Below are positions 1 to 10,021 of a stretch of DNA of 64,000 bases, in pieces. The position numbers and the translations under genes are program-made. Under the pieces are notes generated by a model, which searched no databases, was not told where the DNA came from, and saw nothing but the letters and a program-made list of their open reading frames with translations. Positions within the stretch are counted from its first letter, which is position 1, and the number at the start of each line of letters is the position of its first letter. The DNA is from Candidatus Latescibacterota bacterium (GTDB lineage: Bacteria; Latescibacterota; UBA2968; GCA-2709665), in NCBI GenBank assembly GCA_963667175.2, contig CAXXXF010000004.1:32001-96000 (forward strand), in the 5' to 3' direction.

Positions 1-3
1 CTA

Positions 4-239
4 CAATAGGCGATTTTGGACGGGTTTGACCCGGATAATGAAAACCAGGTTTGCCATCGTCTGCGCAATGCTGTCCAAGAACAAGGTGACGTTTCCAGCG
101 GCCATAATTGTGCTGTTTCCGTCTCAATAAGCCCGTGAAATAAGCACTTTGTGAATCTCAGGCAATCTTGGTCGAGGGATTGCTTCGCGGAAGTGAACCA
201 GATGCTGTCCAAGACTGAAACCGATTTTGGACAGGTGTG
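4..239. repeat. ~236-bp non-coding direct repeat, copy 1 (may extend left of the window)
   Basis: Aligns without gaps to 62441-62676 (offset 62437); I count 5 mismatches. Confidence 0.95.
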
Positions 240-248
240 GTATCCACC

Positions 249-3041
249 CTAACGCCGGGCTGTTGTTCGCCCCCGCCGCTTCGGTTTCGCCTTGGCCGCA
301 AGCGGCGCGACTATTTTTTCATACAGCCCCAGCAAATGTTCCACGCGCTCACGCTCAGAAGCGAAGCCCGTACGCCGGTATAGTCTATCGACGGCGCTGT
401 CCAGCCTCTGGTGCGCCTTGCGAAGGTCAGGAGGCATCAAGTCGGGGTCGTACAGGTCGGCAAGCGTCGCGTCAGGATGATTCGCGCGAGCGGATAGAAC
501 GGCGTAGGCGTGGGTTGCAAGCCGTTTCAGGCGTTCTGGCGGTACGGGGGGCATCGGAAACGTATTGTACACGATGCCGATTCCGTATGAAAAGTCACTT
601 TTGAGCCTTCCTCCGATATTCCTGACCCATGCCATGTGCAATGTCGATGTTAATAGTCCGAATTGCCAAAGGGAGGCGTTTAGCAGTACACGTATCTTAT
701 TGCTCGGAATCACAGGAGGTTCCAGCCATGCAATCGGAATATAGTCGCGCCGTTCGGAGCTGACTTCCGGCACCACCATGAAAGGGGCCGCTGGAATGAC
801 GTTGACGTGGTAGAGCTTTGGCGTCATTGCAAGTGTGCGGGTAGGCGCGCTCCTGCTCGCTAACCGATAGTCGCGAACGGCAGCTATGCGTTCCCTGACT
901 TTCGGTAGTGTCTTGAGTATCTGAGGAGGAACGTCGGCGAGGTGAAGAATCCAGCGCATTCCACCCTGGAGAAACTCGCGGCTGCCGACGAACGGGCGCA
1001 AATACGGTTCAGCGGCCGGTTCATCGCGGAGGAAAGCGGCGCGTTCGTCTGCCTTGAAGATATAATGCCCACCATCGATCGGCTTGGAGCCGATGATCAG
1101 CTTCGGCAGCCCATTGACAGGTAGATGTGACTCCCTTACCACGACTCGCGGATTGGTCAAACTTCCCGCGTCGAAGAGGTAGGGCGAGAGTGCGGTGTGT
1201 TGGCTCTGTTGCGGATCACCATTGGCTGTCTCGTACGAAAACAGACGTTTCTGTCGCGGTGAATCGTCGCGCTTCGTCAATCCAATGATGACGACGTGAA
1301 CGTGCGCCATCCCGCGTGCGTCCGATCCCCAGGCAAAGGTACGGTGGGCAAAGGCGATTTCGAGTTTGCAACGGTCAAACAGGACCGGCCAGAGTTGTGA
1401 GACCTGCTCGCCCTGCGTGATCGAATTGGTGGCCACAAAACCGATTCGTGCCTCGCTATTCTGCACGTATTCCCCAGCCTTGATGAACCACGCGGTCACA
1501 TAGTCGAGCGTGCCGCCGCTCTTCCCCAGCGCGGCGAGGCGGCGCACCTGCTCTCGCTGCTCGTCCGACTGAAACTTGGCGCCTATGAACGGCGGATTCC
1601 CCAGAACGAAGGAACATTCCTCCGGGGGCAGAAGTTCGGACCAATCGAATTCGAGCGCATTGCCCTGCCGGATGTGCGGCGACTTCGCCAGTGGGATGCG
1701 TGCGAAAGTCTCACCAAACTCAAGGCTCAAACGGACATTCATGATGTGATCCATCATCCAAAGCGCTACTTCGGCGATGCGCGCTGGAAACTCCCCTAAC
1801 TCGATGCCGAAGAACTGGTCCACGTTGACAATAACAAGCTGTGTTGGAAAGACGTCGGTTTGGGTTTTCGGGTGAATCTCTCTTAAAACCTCGATTTCCA
1901 ATGCGCGCAATTCGCGGTACGCGACAATGAGAAAATTGCCGCAGCCGCAGGCCGGGTCGAGAATGCGCAGGTCGCGGAGCCTCTGCCGGAACGTGTGAAG
2001 CGCGGGAATCCGGCGCGTATCACGACGGGCCTTCAATTTGCGAAACTCTTCCCGCAATTCGTCGAGGAACAGCGGCTCGATGACCTTGAGGATGTTCTGT
2101 TCCGTCGTATAGTGGGCACCCTGCCGGCGACGTTGGTCCTTGTCCATTACCGACTGGAATAACGAGCCGAAAATTGCCGGCGAGATGTTCGACCAATTGA
2201 AATTGCAGGCGTCAATCAGCTTTTCGCGCATCTCAGAATTGAATGACGGGATGGGCAATGGGTCACGAAACAGGTCGCCGTTGACGTATGGGAAGCGGTC
2301 GAGGTCTTCATCGAGCGTGGTAGGGCGCTGTTCTTCGTGGGTGTTGAGAACCTGGAACAAGTGCATGAGGCGGCTTCCGAGATCCGTCCCGTCAACATTC
2401 GTACGGTTTTCCAGGTAATCGAGAAAGACGTCGCGCGGCTCGAAGATGCCAGTGTCGTCCGCAAAGAAGCAGAAGACAATGCGAACGAGGAATTGCTCCA
2501 GGTCGTGTCCGGTGTAGCCGGATGCAGCCAGCGCGTCATGGAGAAGACCGACGCGTTCCGCCGCCGCGATGTTGACCGGATCCTGATCCTTAAAGGTCCG
2601 CTTCTGAACACCGAGGATAAAGCCGAACTTTTCAACATGATCAGGAAGGTCGGCGAGCGAGAAACGAACTTCCTCGCGTTCATCCCGGTCGATCAGATCG
2701 AACGTCTGGAAGTCACACTGCAACTGGTAACGAGGTCTTTCGTGCTCCTGCAAGGCGTCGAAATAGGCATCCGCCTGCTCTCGCGCCTTCTCCAGATCGA
2801 CACCCGCGCTCTTCTGCTCGACAAGCAATACGCCCGGCCAGAACAGATCGATGAATCCTCTGGAATCATCCACGCGCTGGACATGCTCCTCATAGCGGGC
2901 GACCGTACGGCGTTTCACGCCGAAAATCTCGAAGAATTCGTTGTAGAAACTTTGAGTCTCGCCCTTCTCGTATCCCGAATCCTTCCACTCATCAGCAAAT
3001 CGGGAGGCACGAGAGCGGATTTCATTCCACGATAGACGCAT
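249..3041 (-). CDS. MmeI-like type IIL restriction-modification fusion (endonuclease + N6-adenine MTase + target recognition domain)
   Basis: 930 aa. N-terminal ID...VEQK nuclease motif, motif I DPACGCGNF, motif IV GNPPF, GAHYT and NSITQGEQV motifs typical of the MmeI/YeeA family. Confidence 0.9.
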   Translation of the reverse strand: MRLSWNEIRSRASRFADEWKDSGYEKGETQSFYNEFFEIFGVKRRTVARYEEHVQRVDDSRGFIDLFWPGVLLVEQKSAGVDLEKAREQADAYFDALQEHERPRYQLQCDFQTFDLIDRDEREEVRFSLADLPDHVEKFGFILGVQKRTFKDQDPVNIAAAERVGLLHDALAASGYTGHDLEQFLVRIVFCFFADDTGIFEPRDVFLDYLENRTNVDGTDLGSRLMHLFQVLNTHEEQRPTTLDEDLDRFPYVNGDLFRDPLPIPSFNSEMREKLIDACNFNWSNISPAIFGSLFQSVMDKDQRRRQGAHYTTEQNILKVIEPLFLDELREEFRKLKARRDTRRIPALHTFRQRLRDLRILDPACGCGNFLIVAYRELRALEIEVLREIHPKTQTDVFPTQLVIVNVDQFFGIELGEFPARIAEVALWMMDHIMNVRLSLEFGETFARIPLAKSPHIRQGNALEFDWSELLPPEECSFVLGNPPFIGAKFQSDEQREQVRRLAALGKSGGTLDYVTAWFIKAGEYVQNSEARIGFVATNSITQGEQVSQLWPVLFDRCKLEIAFAHRTFAWGSDARGMAHVHVVIIGLTKRDDSPRQKRLFSYETANGDPQQSQHTALSPYLFDAGSLTNPRVVVRESHLPVNGLPKLIIGSKPIDGGHYIFKADERAAFLRDEPAAEPYLRPFVGSREFLQGGMRWILHLADVPPQILKTLPKVRERIAAVRDYRLASRSAPTRTLAMTPKLYHVNVIPAAPFMVVPEVSSERRDYIPIAWLEPPVIPSNKIRVLLNASLWQFGLLTSTLHMAWVRNIGGRLKSDFSYGIGIVYNTFPMPPVPPERLKRLATHAYAVLSARANHPDATLADLYDPDLMPPDLRKAHQRLDSAVDRLYRRTGFASERERVEHLLGLYEKIVAPLAAKAKPKRRGRTTARR

Positions 3042-3188
3042 TTGGACATGTTCTCTTTTTTCTGAGAAACCGGATTAACGGAGATTGACGTCGTAATGTG
3101 CCGATTTTACTACACGGGACATCACGGACGCCTGGTGCTGTGTAAGACAAATCAGCCCCGAGAAATCTACGGTCGTTGCCTGTCACCT

Positions 3189-3405
3189 ATTGCCGACAAT
3201 GTCGTTTGACGGCCACTTTTCGACGTTATTGACCGACAACAGATGTTGTGGGACATAAGTGACCGTCAAAGGGCTCTTCTTTCTTCCAGGTCACACACGC
3301 ATGGGGACGCGCGACGAAATCAAACCGTTGCCGGTCATTGATGGCCGACAACTGGCGTTGTAGGACATAAGTGGCCGTCAAAACACGCTTCTTTCCTCCG
3401 CAAGC
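3189..3405. repeat. Two copies of a palindromic intergenic repeat (core GT(G/A)GGACATAAGTG(A/G)CCGTCAA)
   Basis: Core at 3248-3269 and 3360-3381; third copy at 5691-5712. TTGACGGCCACTT (3206) is the inverted partner of AAGTGACCGTCAA. Confidence 0.8.
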
Positions 3406-3998
3406 CCCATCAGCACGTTGATAAATCGTTTTGCGTGGGGCGATGCACTTGTGACTTTCGTTGGGTCGATTATCGCGAGGATTTCAAAACTGTGTCTTCC
3501 TTTGTCATAGGTGCCTTTCCTGGTGTTACGGGCAGCACGACGAATTCCGTCGTCTACATCTTTCTTTGGTACCTCTTCAATTTCCGGATTCCGCGGAAGC
3601 GCGTTTGCCTGGAAGCCCTGGCCGTAGTATTCTCCAAGGGCTGTGCGATCTGCAAGAAACCAGGACTCCATCGCTTGCACCATCAAATGGCATTGGTCGT
3701 CCTTCGCGCCGTCGGGTCGGTCCCAGTCATCACGATCCTTGAGGTGCTGCCACGGTCCCGGTTTCCGGACCGGCTCTTCAGCGTCTACTAAGAGCAGAGC
3801 ATATTCGCTTTCATTTGCAGCATCTTTGCTTCTTTTTGCAAAACGGCTGAACGCGTTCGTACGACTGCCGCCGGCTACGAATTCAGGCATATTTCCCTGT
3901 AATCCGGATTTCTCGATGAACCTCATAAAGCCCCTGCGACAGGCGCTGCTTGTGGTCTTTTTATTGCCACCGCCTTCCACGTATACCTTTATTTTCAC
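3378..3998 (-). CDS. DUF4276 (RloB/TOPRIM-like) protein
   Basis: VYVEGGG, LLVDAE and MESWFLAD motifs; GTG start overlaps the stop of the upstream AAA ATPase (GTGA). Confidence 0.85.
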   Translation of the reverse strand: MKIKVYVEGGGNKKTTSSACRRGFMRFIEKSGLQGNMPEFVAGGSRTNAFSRFAKRSKDAANESEYALLLVDAEEPVRKPGPWQHLKDRDDWDRPDGAKDDQCHLMVQAMESWFLADRTALGEYYGQGFQANALPRNPEIEEVPKKDVDDGIRRAARNTRKGTYDKGRHSFEILAIIDPTKVTSASPHAKRFINVLMGLAEERSVF

Positions 3999-5188
3999 CA
4001 CCGATTGCCTCCAATTTCCCCGCTTATCCATAGCTCACCAAGCCGGTAGTCTTTAAGCCATATCTCGAGCTCCGAGGCGTCAAGACGACGGAGTTGTGTC
4101 GCGCCGTCCGATTTATCGCAAACAATCACCGCTTCCGGTGTATCGGTGAGTGCATCAATGAGAATGTCGGAGTGCGTTGTGACGAAAATCTGGCTACGAG
4201 AAGACGCCTCGACCAAAAGCGACGCAACCTCCGGGATCACATCCGGATGGAGACCAGTCTCCGGCTCCTCAATGCAGACGACAGGCGGCGGATCGGGATT
4301 GCAGAGCACAGCGAGCAGGCAAAGATACTTTAGTGTGCCATCGGAAAGCCGGGTGGCCGGTACGGCATGTTGCAGGCCTTTCTCGTGGAAAGAAACCTGG
4401 ACCGTGTTACTTTGTGTTCTGCTACGCATATCCTCAATTGACGGATGAAAGGAATTTAAGCGATCCATAATCTGGCGCTTTACGGGAGGCTGGTTCAGCA
4501 GATTGTCAAGAATCAGTCCGATATTTGAAGCGTCCTCGAACAGGTTGTCCTGCGGGAGGTCGGCCTGCTGAGGAAGGCGGGATGGCGCAGACCGACCGAG
4601 GTTCCACTCCCGGTAGAAGCGCATTTGCTCGAATTGTTCGGCCAGGTAGGTCAATTCCGGAAAGGAGTCGGGATCTCGGCGCTGCGAGAGAATGGACTGG
4701 TCGGGAATAACTTCGTCTCGCGTGAGACGTCGGTCTGGTCGAGACTCCTGCGTGAAGACGTTGAGCACTGGCTGGCCATCCCGGTATCGATAGAAGATAT
4801 ATGGCTCTTCGTTCCCTGGGGTCGGTGTCTCATTCTCGATTGCCTCTTCCAGCAGTTCAAAACGTGCACCTGTTTCGGTGAATGACAGCCGATACCTGAG
4901 TGGCTGTTTGTCCGCGTAATCGACGGCTACATCCACGGCTGCCGTACCGAGTCGAGTGGCTCCCTTCCATAGCCACTCGATAACGCCTCCTCCCTTTCGA
5001 ATCGGCGCCTGAAGATCCCGACCAGGCGCGGCTGCAATTAGCGACAGCACTTCGATCAAGTTTGATTTCCCGGAAGCGTTAGGGCCGATAAGCACGTTTA
5101 ACGGCTCTAACTCAAACTCTGCGTCCCAGGAACCGTAGGATAGGATATTTTCCAGACGGATCGTTCGGATAAACCTCCTGCCATCCAT
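3995..5188 (-). CDS. AAA_21/SMC-like ABC ATPase
   Basis: Walker A GPNASGKS, signature LSDGT, Walker B/D-loop IEEPETGLHP, H-loop TTHS. Confidence 0.9.
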   Translation of the reverse strand: MDGRRFIRTIRLENILSYGSWDAEFELEPLNVLIGPNASGKSNLIEVLSLIAAAPGRDLQAPIRKGGGVIEWLWKGATRLGTAAVDVAVDYADKQPLRYRLSFTETGARFELLEEAIENETPTPGNEEPYIFYRYRDGQPVLNVFTQESRPDRRLTRDEVIPDQSILSQRRDPDSFPELTYLAEQFEQMRFYREWNLGRSAPSRLPQQADLPQDNLFEDASNIGLILDNLLNQPPVKRQIMDRLNSFHPSIEDMRSRTQSNTVQVSFHEKGLQHAVPATRLSDGTLKYLCLLAVLCNPDPPPVVCIEEPETGLHPDVIPEVASLLVEASSRSQIFVTTHSDILIDALTDTPEAVIVCDKSDGATQLRRLDASELEIWLKDYRLGELWISGEIGGNRW

Positions 5189-5403
5189 AGGCGACTCCCT
5201 TCAGATTTCCTACACTAACCATGACCAATCGAGTCTTTTTCCGTAATCTAGCCTTGATTCGTCATTTTTCGGGGACGTTAATTCGAATATACGCAAGTTG
5301 ATAAGGGCGATATGGCATCGGATTTCCAGGAACCTTCAGGTCACTGGATGTGAACGGAAAAAATGTGCTTCCGGACGACGTCTTCGGCCCGTTGAGGAAA
5401 CAA

Positions 5404-5508
5404 CTGCAGGGTCACGGCGTTACGACACATGCCGTATCGCACGGATGCCCTTTGTGCCTTTTGTGCTTTTTGTGGCCAATTTTGCGGTTTTCTTTTTTCG
5501 AATTGAGG
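5404..5508 (+). repeat. ~100-bp dispersed repeat, copy 1 (copy 2 at 29596-29691)
   Basis: Shared blocks GGGTCACGGCnTTACGACAC and GCTTTTTGTGGCCAATTT...TTTTTCGAATTGAGG. Confidence 0.8.
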
Positions 5509-5615
5509 CTAGAATCGTCAACGTAATGGTGAATTCAAGCGTGTCTCAATGCCAATCGCTGGCGCTTCCCGGACTCGCTACAAGTAGGTCCGTTTGGCTA
5601 CCGGCCACAATCAAC

Positions 5616-5737
5616 CCGTTGCCGGTCATCCATTGCCGACAAATGAGTTTGTTGGCCACTTTCTCTCGATATTGGCCAACAAATGGCGTTGTGGGACATA
5701 AGTGACCGTCAAGATACTTCCCTGCCTTCCGCAACAT
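5616..5737. repeat. Third copy of the GGACATAAGTGACCGTCAA palindromic repeat
   Basis: CCGTTGCCGGTCAT and GGCGTTGTGGGACATAAGTGACCGTCAA match the copies at 3.2-3.4 kb. Confidence 0.8.
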
Positions 5738-5807
5738 TTATGAGTTCGGGAAACGCAAGGACTGCTGCCTTGCGGCCCCTTCCTTAATTCCGTAAAAGCG
5801 CCAGGGT

Positions 5808-6092
5808 TCAGGCATCTTCCAACAGCGCCTTTGCATCCGGCATTACATCCTCAACGGATTTGCCGGTAAGCCGCAAATAAAGAGCATCCGGACACAGTTC
5901 CACGTCCTTACCCCAGGCGATGCCTCCGTTCGTCGTAATATGTACAGTTTTAAAGAACGTCCGGCTGTTCCAGGACTCGAAGACACCGCGCCCGGCGAGA
6001 TCAGACAGGTCGATTTCTCCCGCGGCGCCGTCCGAGAAGCGAAGCCAGATTCGGTAGCCGCTTCGCGGCTCGACGTCGGTTGGTCGGATCAT
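5808..6092 (-). CDS. DUF2442 domain protein (TA-associated)
   Basis: YRIWLRFSDG...GIAW...LCPDALY; GGAGG RBS before ATG at 6092. Confidence 0.8.
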   Translation of the reverse strand: MIRPTDVEPRSGYRIWLRFSDGAAGEIDLSDLAGRGVFESWNSRTFFKTVHITTNGGIAWGKDVELCPDALYLRLTGKSVEDVMPDAKALLEDA

Positions 6093-6225
6093 GTTTCCTC
6101 CATATGGCAGGTTATTCCATATCCGTACGGATAGTATACAGATTCTTTGGAACCACAAGGCCCAGAGAGTCGCATTCCGATCGCTTCGGCACAGTCATTC
6201 ATGCATCACCTGGGAAATCCATACA

Positions 6226-6368
6226 TCAATCCAGACCATCTGCGACCGTTGCGTCAAAATCGCCCCAGTCTTCGCCGGCGGATGCCATGGCGCGGTATGT
6301 ATCCTCCCACGACGGCGGGTTCGGTTCTCTTCCATAAGAGAGAACAGCCTCTTCCCTTTCTCTGTCGG
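6226..6368 (-). pseudogene. Probable C-terminal remnant of an AbrB/MazE-type antitoxin
   Basis: SWEDTYRAMASAGEDWGDFDATVADGLD* resembles acidic MazE-family tails; no N-terminal AbrB domain and no MazF gene follows. Confidence 0.45.
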
Positions 6369-6788
6369 TCACGGTGTTTTCCATGGATTCGTGACGTCGA
6401 CGTCCAGGCCGTTGAAATCCGTGACGTTTCTCGTTGCAACGGACAGATCGTGGGCCCTGGCGGTTCCGGCGATGAGCGCATCCCCCAAATCCAGCACTCG
6501 TCCGGCGCGATGCGCCTGCGTTCGAAAGTGAGCCGCCCATTCCGCGCCCGCTCTGTCGACAGGAAGAACGCGGTCCTGGTAGTCCGTGATGATCCCCGAC
6601 AGCGCCGCGCGCAGTACGTCGCGCCGTCGTCCCTGAGGCAATCGCTGCAGACCGAACTCCAACTCATGCACCACAACCGCCGACAGCCACAGATCGTGCG
6701 GCTCAGTCAGAAATGCCAACACATTCGCGTCCGGCGCAGTCCGGGTCAGTTCAGAGACCACGTTGGTGTCCACGAGAAATCCGTTCAT
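6369..6788 (-). CDS. vapC: VapC PIN-domain toxin
   Basis: LVDTNVVSE, HELEFG, DALIAGTA, ATRNVTDF PIN motifs. Confidence 0.92.
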   Translation of the reverse strand: MNGFLVDTNVVSELTRTAPDANVLAFLTEPHDLWLSAVVVHELEFGLQRLPQGRRRDVLRAALSGIITDYQDRVLPVDRAGAEWAAHFRTQAHRAGRVLDLGDALIAGTARAHDLSVATRNVTDFNGLDVDVTNPWKTP

Positions 6789-7069
6789 TCCGCGCCGCCG
6801 TCAGCGAACGGGATCTCCCGCCGGGACGTACGATCGGAAGGAACGTCGAGATTCGTGCCGCGCGGCATGTTGTCGATCAACCACCGGCCAAGCGGCTTGC
6901 GTGGTGACGCCTGAGCCTTCCAAATATGCTCGGGCACCACAACGAAAGCCTTCCGCGCGCCGATTCGCTGCGGGCCTTCCGCCTCGGACAGACGAAGGAT
7001 TTCAGACAGCCGCGCCTTGGCCTCTGCGACAGTCCAGACCCGGACTGGTTTGGGATATTGGATGGTCAT
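6785..7069 (-). CDS. Phd/YefM-family antitoxin
   Basis: WTVAEAKARLSEIL...GPQRI; 4-nt overlap with the toxin gene. Confidence 0.88.
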   Translation of the reverse strand: MTIQYPKPVRVWTVAEAKARLSEILRLSEAEGPQRIGARKAFVVVPEHIWKAQASPRKPLGRWLIDNMPRGTNLDVPSDRTSRREIPFADGGAE

Positions 7070-7090
7070 ATCGTCTCCTTTTGTTGACTA

Positions 7091-7126
7091 ATAGTCCAAT
7101 ATAGACTATATTTGCAATTGAGTCAA
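7091..7126 (-). promoter_or_regulatory. Sigma70-like promoter with overlapping palindromic operator for the TA operon
   Basis: Minus strand TTGACT-17 nt-TATATT; palindrome ATAGTC-N7-GACTAT (7091-7109) covers the -10 box. Confidence 0.7.
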
Positions 7127-7228
7127 GGGGTTTACACAGGGAATCTACAAAAACAGCCGATCCAGGAACCATGCGGATCGGCAAACTTTGACGGCAACGC
7201 TGCCCTGCGCGCCAACGTCAAAATGTAA

Positions 7229-7330
7229 GGGCGCCCACAAGGGACGCCCCTTCGTCTTACCCCTACGTCGGCCACCCTCAACCCCAATCGAAGCCACCAT
7301 CCTGTGTAGGGGCGACCCTTGTGGTCGCCC
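7229..7330. repeat. Inverted pair of GTAG-type REP elements
   Basis: GGGCGCCCACAAGGGACGCCCCT and GTAGGGGCGACCCTTGTGGTCGCCC; relatives at 19153-19177 and 33939-33966. Confidence 0.8.
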
Positions 7331-7340
7331 GAAAGATGCG

Positions 7341-9791
7341 TCAGCATTTCATTTTTTCACTTCGGGGATCGTAAAGCGGTTCGCGCGAGACGGTGGCGCG
7401 ATGGCGATTGCCGAAGGTTTCGACGTCCACGGATGTTCCCGGCTTCGCGTACTCCTGTGGGAGGTAGCCGTACGCGATGAACTTGCCGACGGTGTACCCG
7501 TGGTTGGCGCTGGTGACGTACCCGAGTACGCGGCTGCCGTCCAGAACGGGCTCCTTCCCCATCACAACCGCGTCCGGATCGTCCAGGGTAAGGCAGCAGA
7601 GCTTCCGGTCGATTCCCATCTCGCGGATTTTCAACAGGGCATCCCGTCCCAGGAAGTCACCCTTGTCGAGCCTGACGGCCCAGCCGAGCCCGGCTTCGTA
7701 GGGGTTGTATTCCGTATGGAGTTCCGCTCCCCAGAGGCGGTATCCCTTTTCGAGCCGGAGCGCGTCGAACGCGCCGCTGCCGAGGGCAACGAGGCCGTGC
7801 CGGCGTCCGGCCTCCCAGAGCGTGTCCCAGAGCAGAAGCCCGAATTCAGCAGGCGCGTAGATCTCCCATCCCAGTTCCCCCACGTAGGAAATGCGCAGCG
7901 CGAGGGCGGGAATGGACCCGATTTGGATCCGCCTTGCTGAAAAATAGGGGAACGCCCGGTTGGTGAGATCGTCGCTGCAGACGCCTTGAAGGATCTCTCG
8001 GGCCTCGGGCCCCCACAGGCCAACGCCGCACCAGGCGGAGGTCACATCGGAAATCTGAACGGCGACCTCATCCCGGGCGTGGCGGGAAAACCATGCCAGG
8101 TCCCGCATCCCCGCGGCGGCCCCGGTGAGAACCAGGAAGCGGTCCGCGGCCAGCCGGGTGACGGTCAGATCGGCGGCGATGCCGCCCCTTGAATTGAGCA
8201 GGGCCGTATAGATCACCGTTCCGACCGGACGGTCCATCCGGTTGGCGGCGATGCGCTGGAGAAAATTCAGAGCGCCCGCGCCGGCGATTTCGATCTTCGT
8301 GAACGGCGTGATGTCGCACAGCCCCGCGCGGTTTCGGGTGGCCCGGTGTTCCATGCCCTGAACAGGAGACCAGTACCGCGCCTCCCAGCCGGTTCGCGAC
8401 GGCAGACCTTCCTCTTCGTCTAGCCGGACGTTGTTGGCTTCGAACCACTGCGGGCGTTCCCAGCCCGCCCCTTCGAAGAACACGGCATCGAGTGCTTTCA
8501 GGCGGGGATGGAACGGGCTGAGACGCAGGCCTCGCGGATGGTCCATCTGATCCAGCGGATGGATGATATCGTAGACTTCCCGGTATTGCTGCGCCCCCCG
8601 GGCTTCGACGTATTCACGGGTGTGGACGTGCGGGCCGAAGCGGTTGATATCGGCGTCCCTGAGGTCGATTTCCGGCGCGCCCGAGTCCATCCATTGCGCC
8701 ACGGCCTGCCCCACGCCGCCGCCGTGGGTGATCCATACGGCTTCGGCAACCCAGAGCCCGCGAACGTCGACGGACTCACCGAGCAGGGGCAACCCGTCCG
8801 GCGTGAAGGAGAAGAGGCCGTTGATCCTGTAGTCGAGACCGGCGTGTTTCAACGCGGGAATCAGTTCGTCGGCGGCCTCTCGCGCAACCGCGAAGTGTTC
8901 CGGCGTGAAGTCCATGATCGAGGGCGAGAGCCTGGCTTCATCCGGGCTGAGGAGGTCGTCCGGACTCACCGGGAGCGGCTCGTGTTTGTAGGAGCCGATG
9001 CCGTACCGGTCGGCCTGCTGCCGGAAATACATGGCGTAATCCTGGTGGCGCAGGATCGGGTGGACGACTTCCCGGGTTTCTCCCGCCAGTTCCGGGAGGG
9101 GCGTCGTGAGCGCGTACTGGTGCTGTACGGGCGTGAGCGGGATGGAGATTCTCGCCATGCGTCCGACGCGCGGCCCCCAGATACCCGCGCAGATCAACAC
9201 CTGGTCCGCGGCTATATAACCCCGGTCGGTGTCGATTCCGCGGACGCGGCCGTTGGACACCTCGATGCCGGTCACCGTGGTTCTTCCGTGAAACGCGGCG
9301 CCGGGTTCCGACGCGCGCGCCATGGCTTCGCAGGCTCGGACGGCTTTGGCAATGCCGTCGGAGGGAACGTAGTATGCGCCATGGATTCGGCCGGCGTCCA
9401 GAAGGGGGAGCATGGACCGGGTCTCTTCGGGCGAAGTGAGCCGGGCTTCCAGGTTCCAGGACCTGGCGGCGCCCAGTTTACGCTTCAGGTCTTCCATCCG
9501 TTCGGTCGTGTACGCGACTTCGAAACTGCCGACAGGATAGAAACAGGGCTGTCCGTCCAGGTTCAGCGAGTTGTACAGGGCAACCGTGTTCCGGGACAGA
9601 TCGGTCATTGTCTTCGAAAAGTTCGTCTGGAACACCAGCCCCGGCGCATGGGACGTCGACCCGCCGGTATCGAACAGGGGCCCCTGGTCCAGGACCACAA
9701 TGTCCTTCCAGCCCTGGCGTGTGAGATGGTAGACGGTGCTGCAGCCGACAATGCCGGCGCCGATGACAACCAGACGCGCGTGGGATTGCAT
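7341..9791 (-). CDS. GcvT-family FAD oxidoreductase (dimethylglycine/sarcosine dehydrogenase or oxidase type)
   Basis: GAGIVG FAD motif, GSTSHAPG covalent-FAD His motif, FSFTPDG, GWERP, ISYVGELGWE, LRLEKGY folate-binding domain; start taken at MQSHAR. Confidence 0.9.
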   Translation of the reverse strand: MQSHARLVVIGAGIVGCSTVYHLTRQGWKDIVVLDQGPLFDTGGSTSHAPGLVFQTNFSKTMTDLSRNTVALYNSLNLDGQPCFYPVGSFEVAYTTERMEDLKRKLGAARSWNLEARLTSPEETRSMLPLLDAGRIHGAYYVPSDGIAKAVRACEAMARASEPGAAFHGRTTVTGIEVSNGRVRGIDTDRGYIAADQVLICAGIWGPRVGRMARISIPLTPVQHQYALTTPLPELAGETREVVHPILRHQDYAMYFRQQADRYGIGSYKHEPLPVSPDDLLSPDEARLSPSIMDFTPEHFAVAREAADELIPALKHAGLDYRINGLFSFTPDGLPLLGESVDVRGLWVAEAVWITHGGGVGQAVAQWMDSGAPEIDLRDADINRFGPHVHTREYVEARGAQQYREVYDIIHPLDQMDHPRGLRLSPFHPRLKALDAVFFEGAGWERPQWFEANNVRLDEEEGLPSRTGWEARYWSPVQGMEHRATRNRAGLCDITPFTKIEIAGAGALNFLQRIAANRMDRPVGTVIYTALLNSRGGIAADLTVTRLAADRFLVLTGAAAGMRDLAWFSRHARDEVAVQISDVTSAWCGVGLWGPEAREILQGVCSDDLTNRAFPYFSARRIQIGSIPALALRISYVGELGWEIYAPAEFGLLLWDTLWEAGRRHGLVALGSGAFDALRLEKGYRLWGAELHTEYNPYEAGLGWAVRLDKGDFLGRDALLKIREMGIDRKLCCLTLDDPDAVVMGKEPVLDGSRVLGYVTSANHGYTVGKFIAYGYLPQEYAKPGTSVDVETFGNRHRATVSREPLYDPRSEKMKC

Positions 9792-10021
9792 AGAGATCCC
9801 TCCGATCAGGCGGGAGAACGGCAGGGTCCGCGGCGCAGAGCGGACGGGACGGCCCCGACTTTCAATAAATCGCTTGACATTGATATTTCCGTTGCCTTTT
9901 TTAGTATCCTGTCCGATACCTGATTGAGGGTTGCGAAAACGCGTTGCAGGCGTTTCGGTTACCGGAGGGTTGCGGTTCACCGGAACATCTCAGCGAATCA
10001 CACGAAAGAGGGAGGTCTGCT

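Noticed and set aside
3170-5740. Integron attC array
   Set aside because: No convincing RYYYAAC/GTTRRRY box pairs and no tyrosine integrase in the window; kept only as an unexplained repeat family.
8508-9923. Long antisense or alternate-frame ORFs (also 25782-27113 N-terminal part, 34165-35628, 58720-60132, 60817-62370)
   Set aside because: Shadows of GC-rich genes; they overlap well-supported CDSs and carry no motifs.
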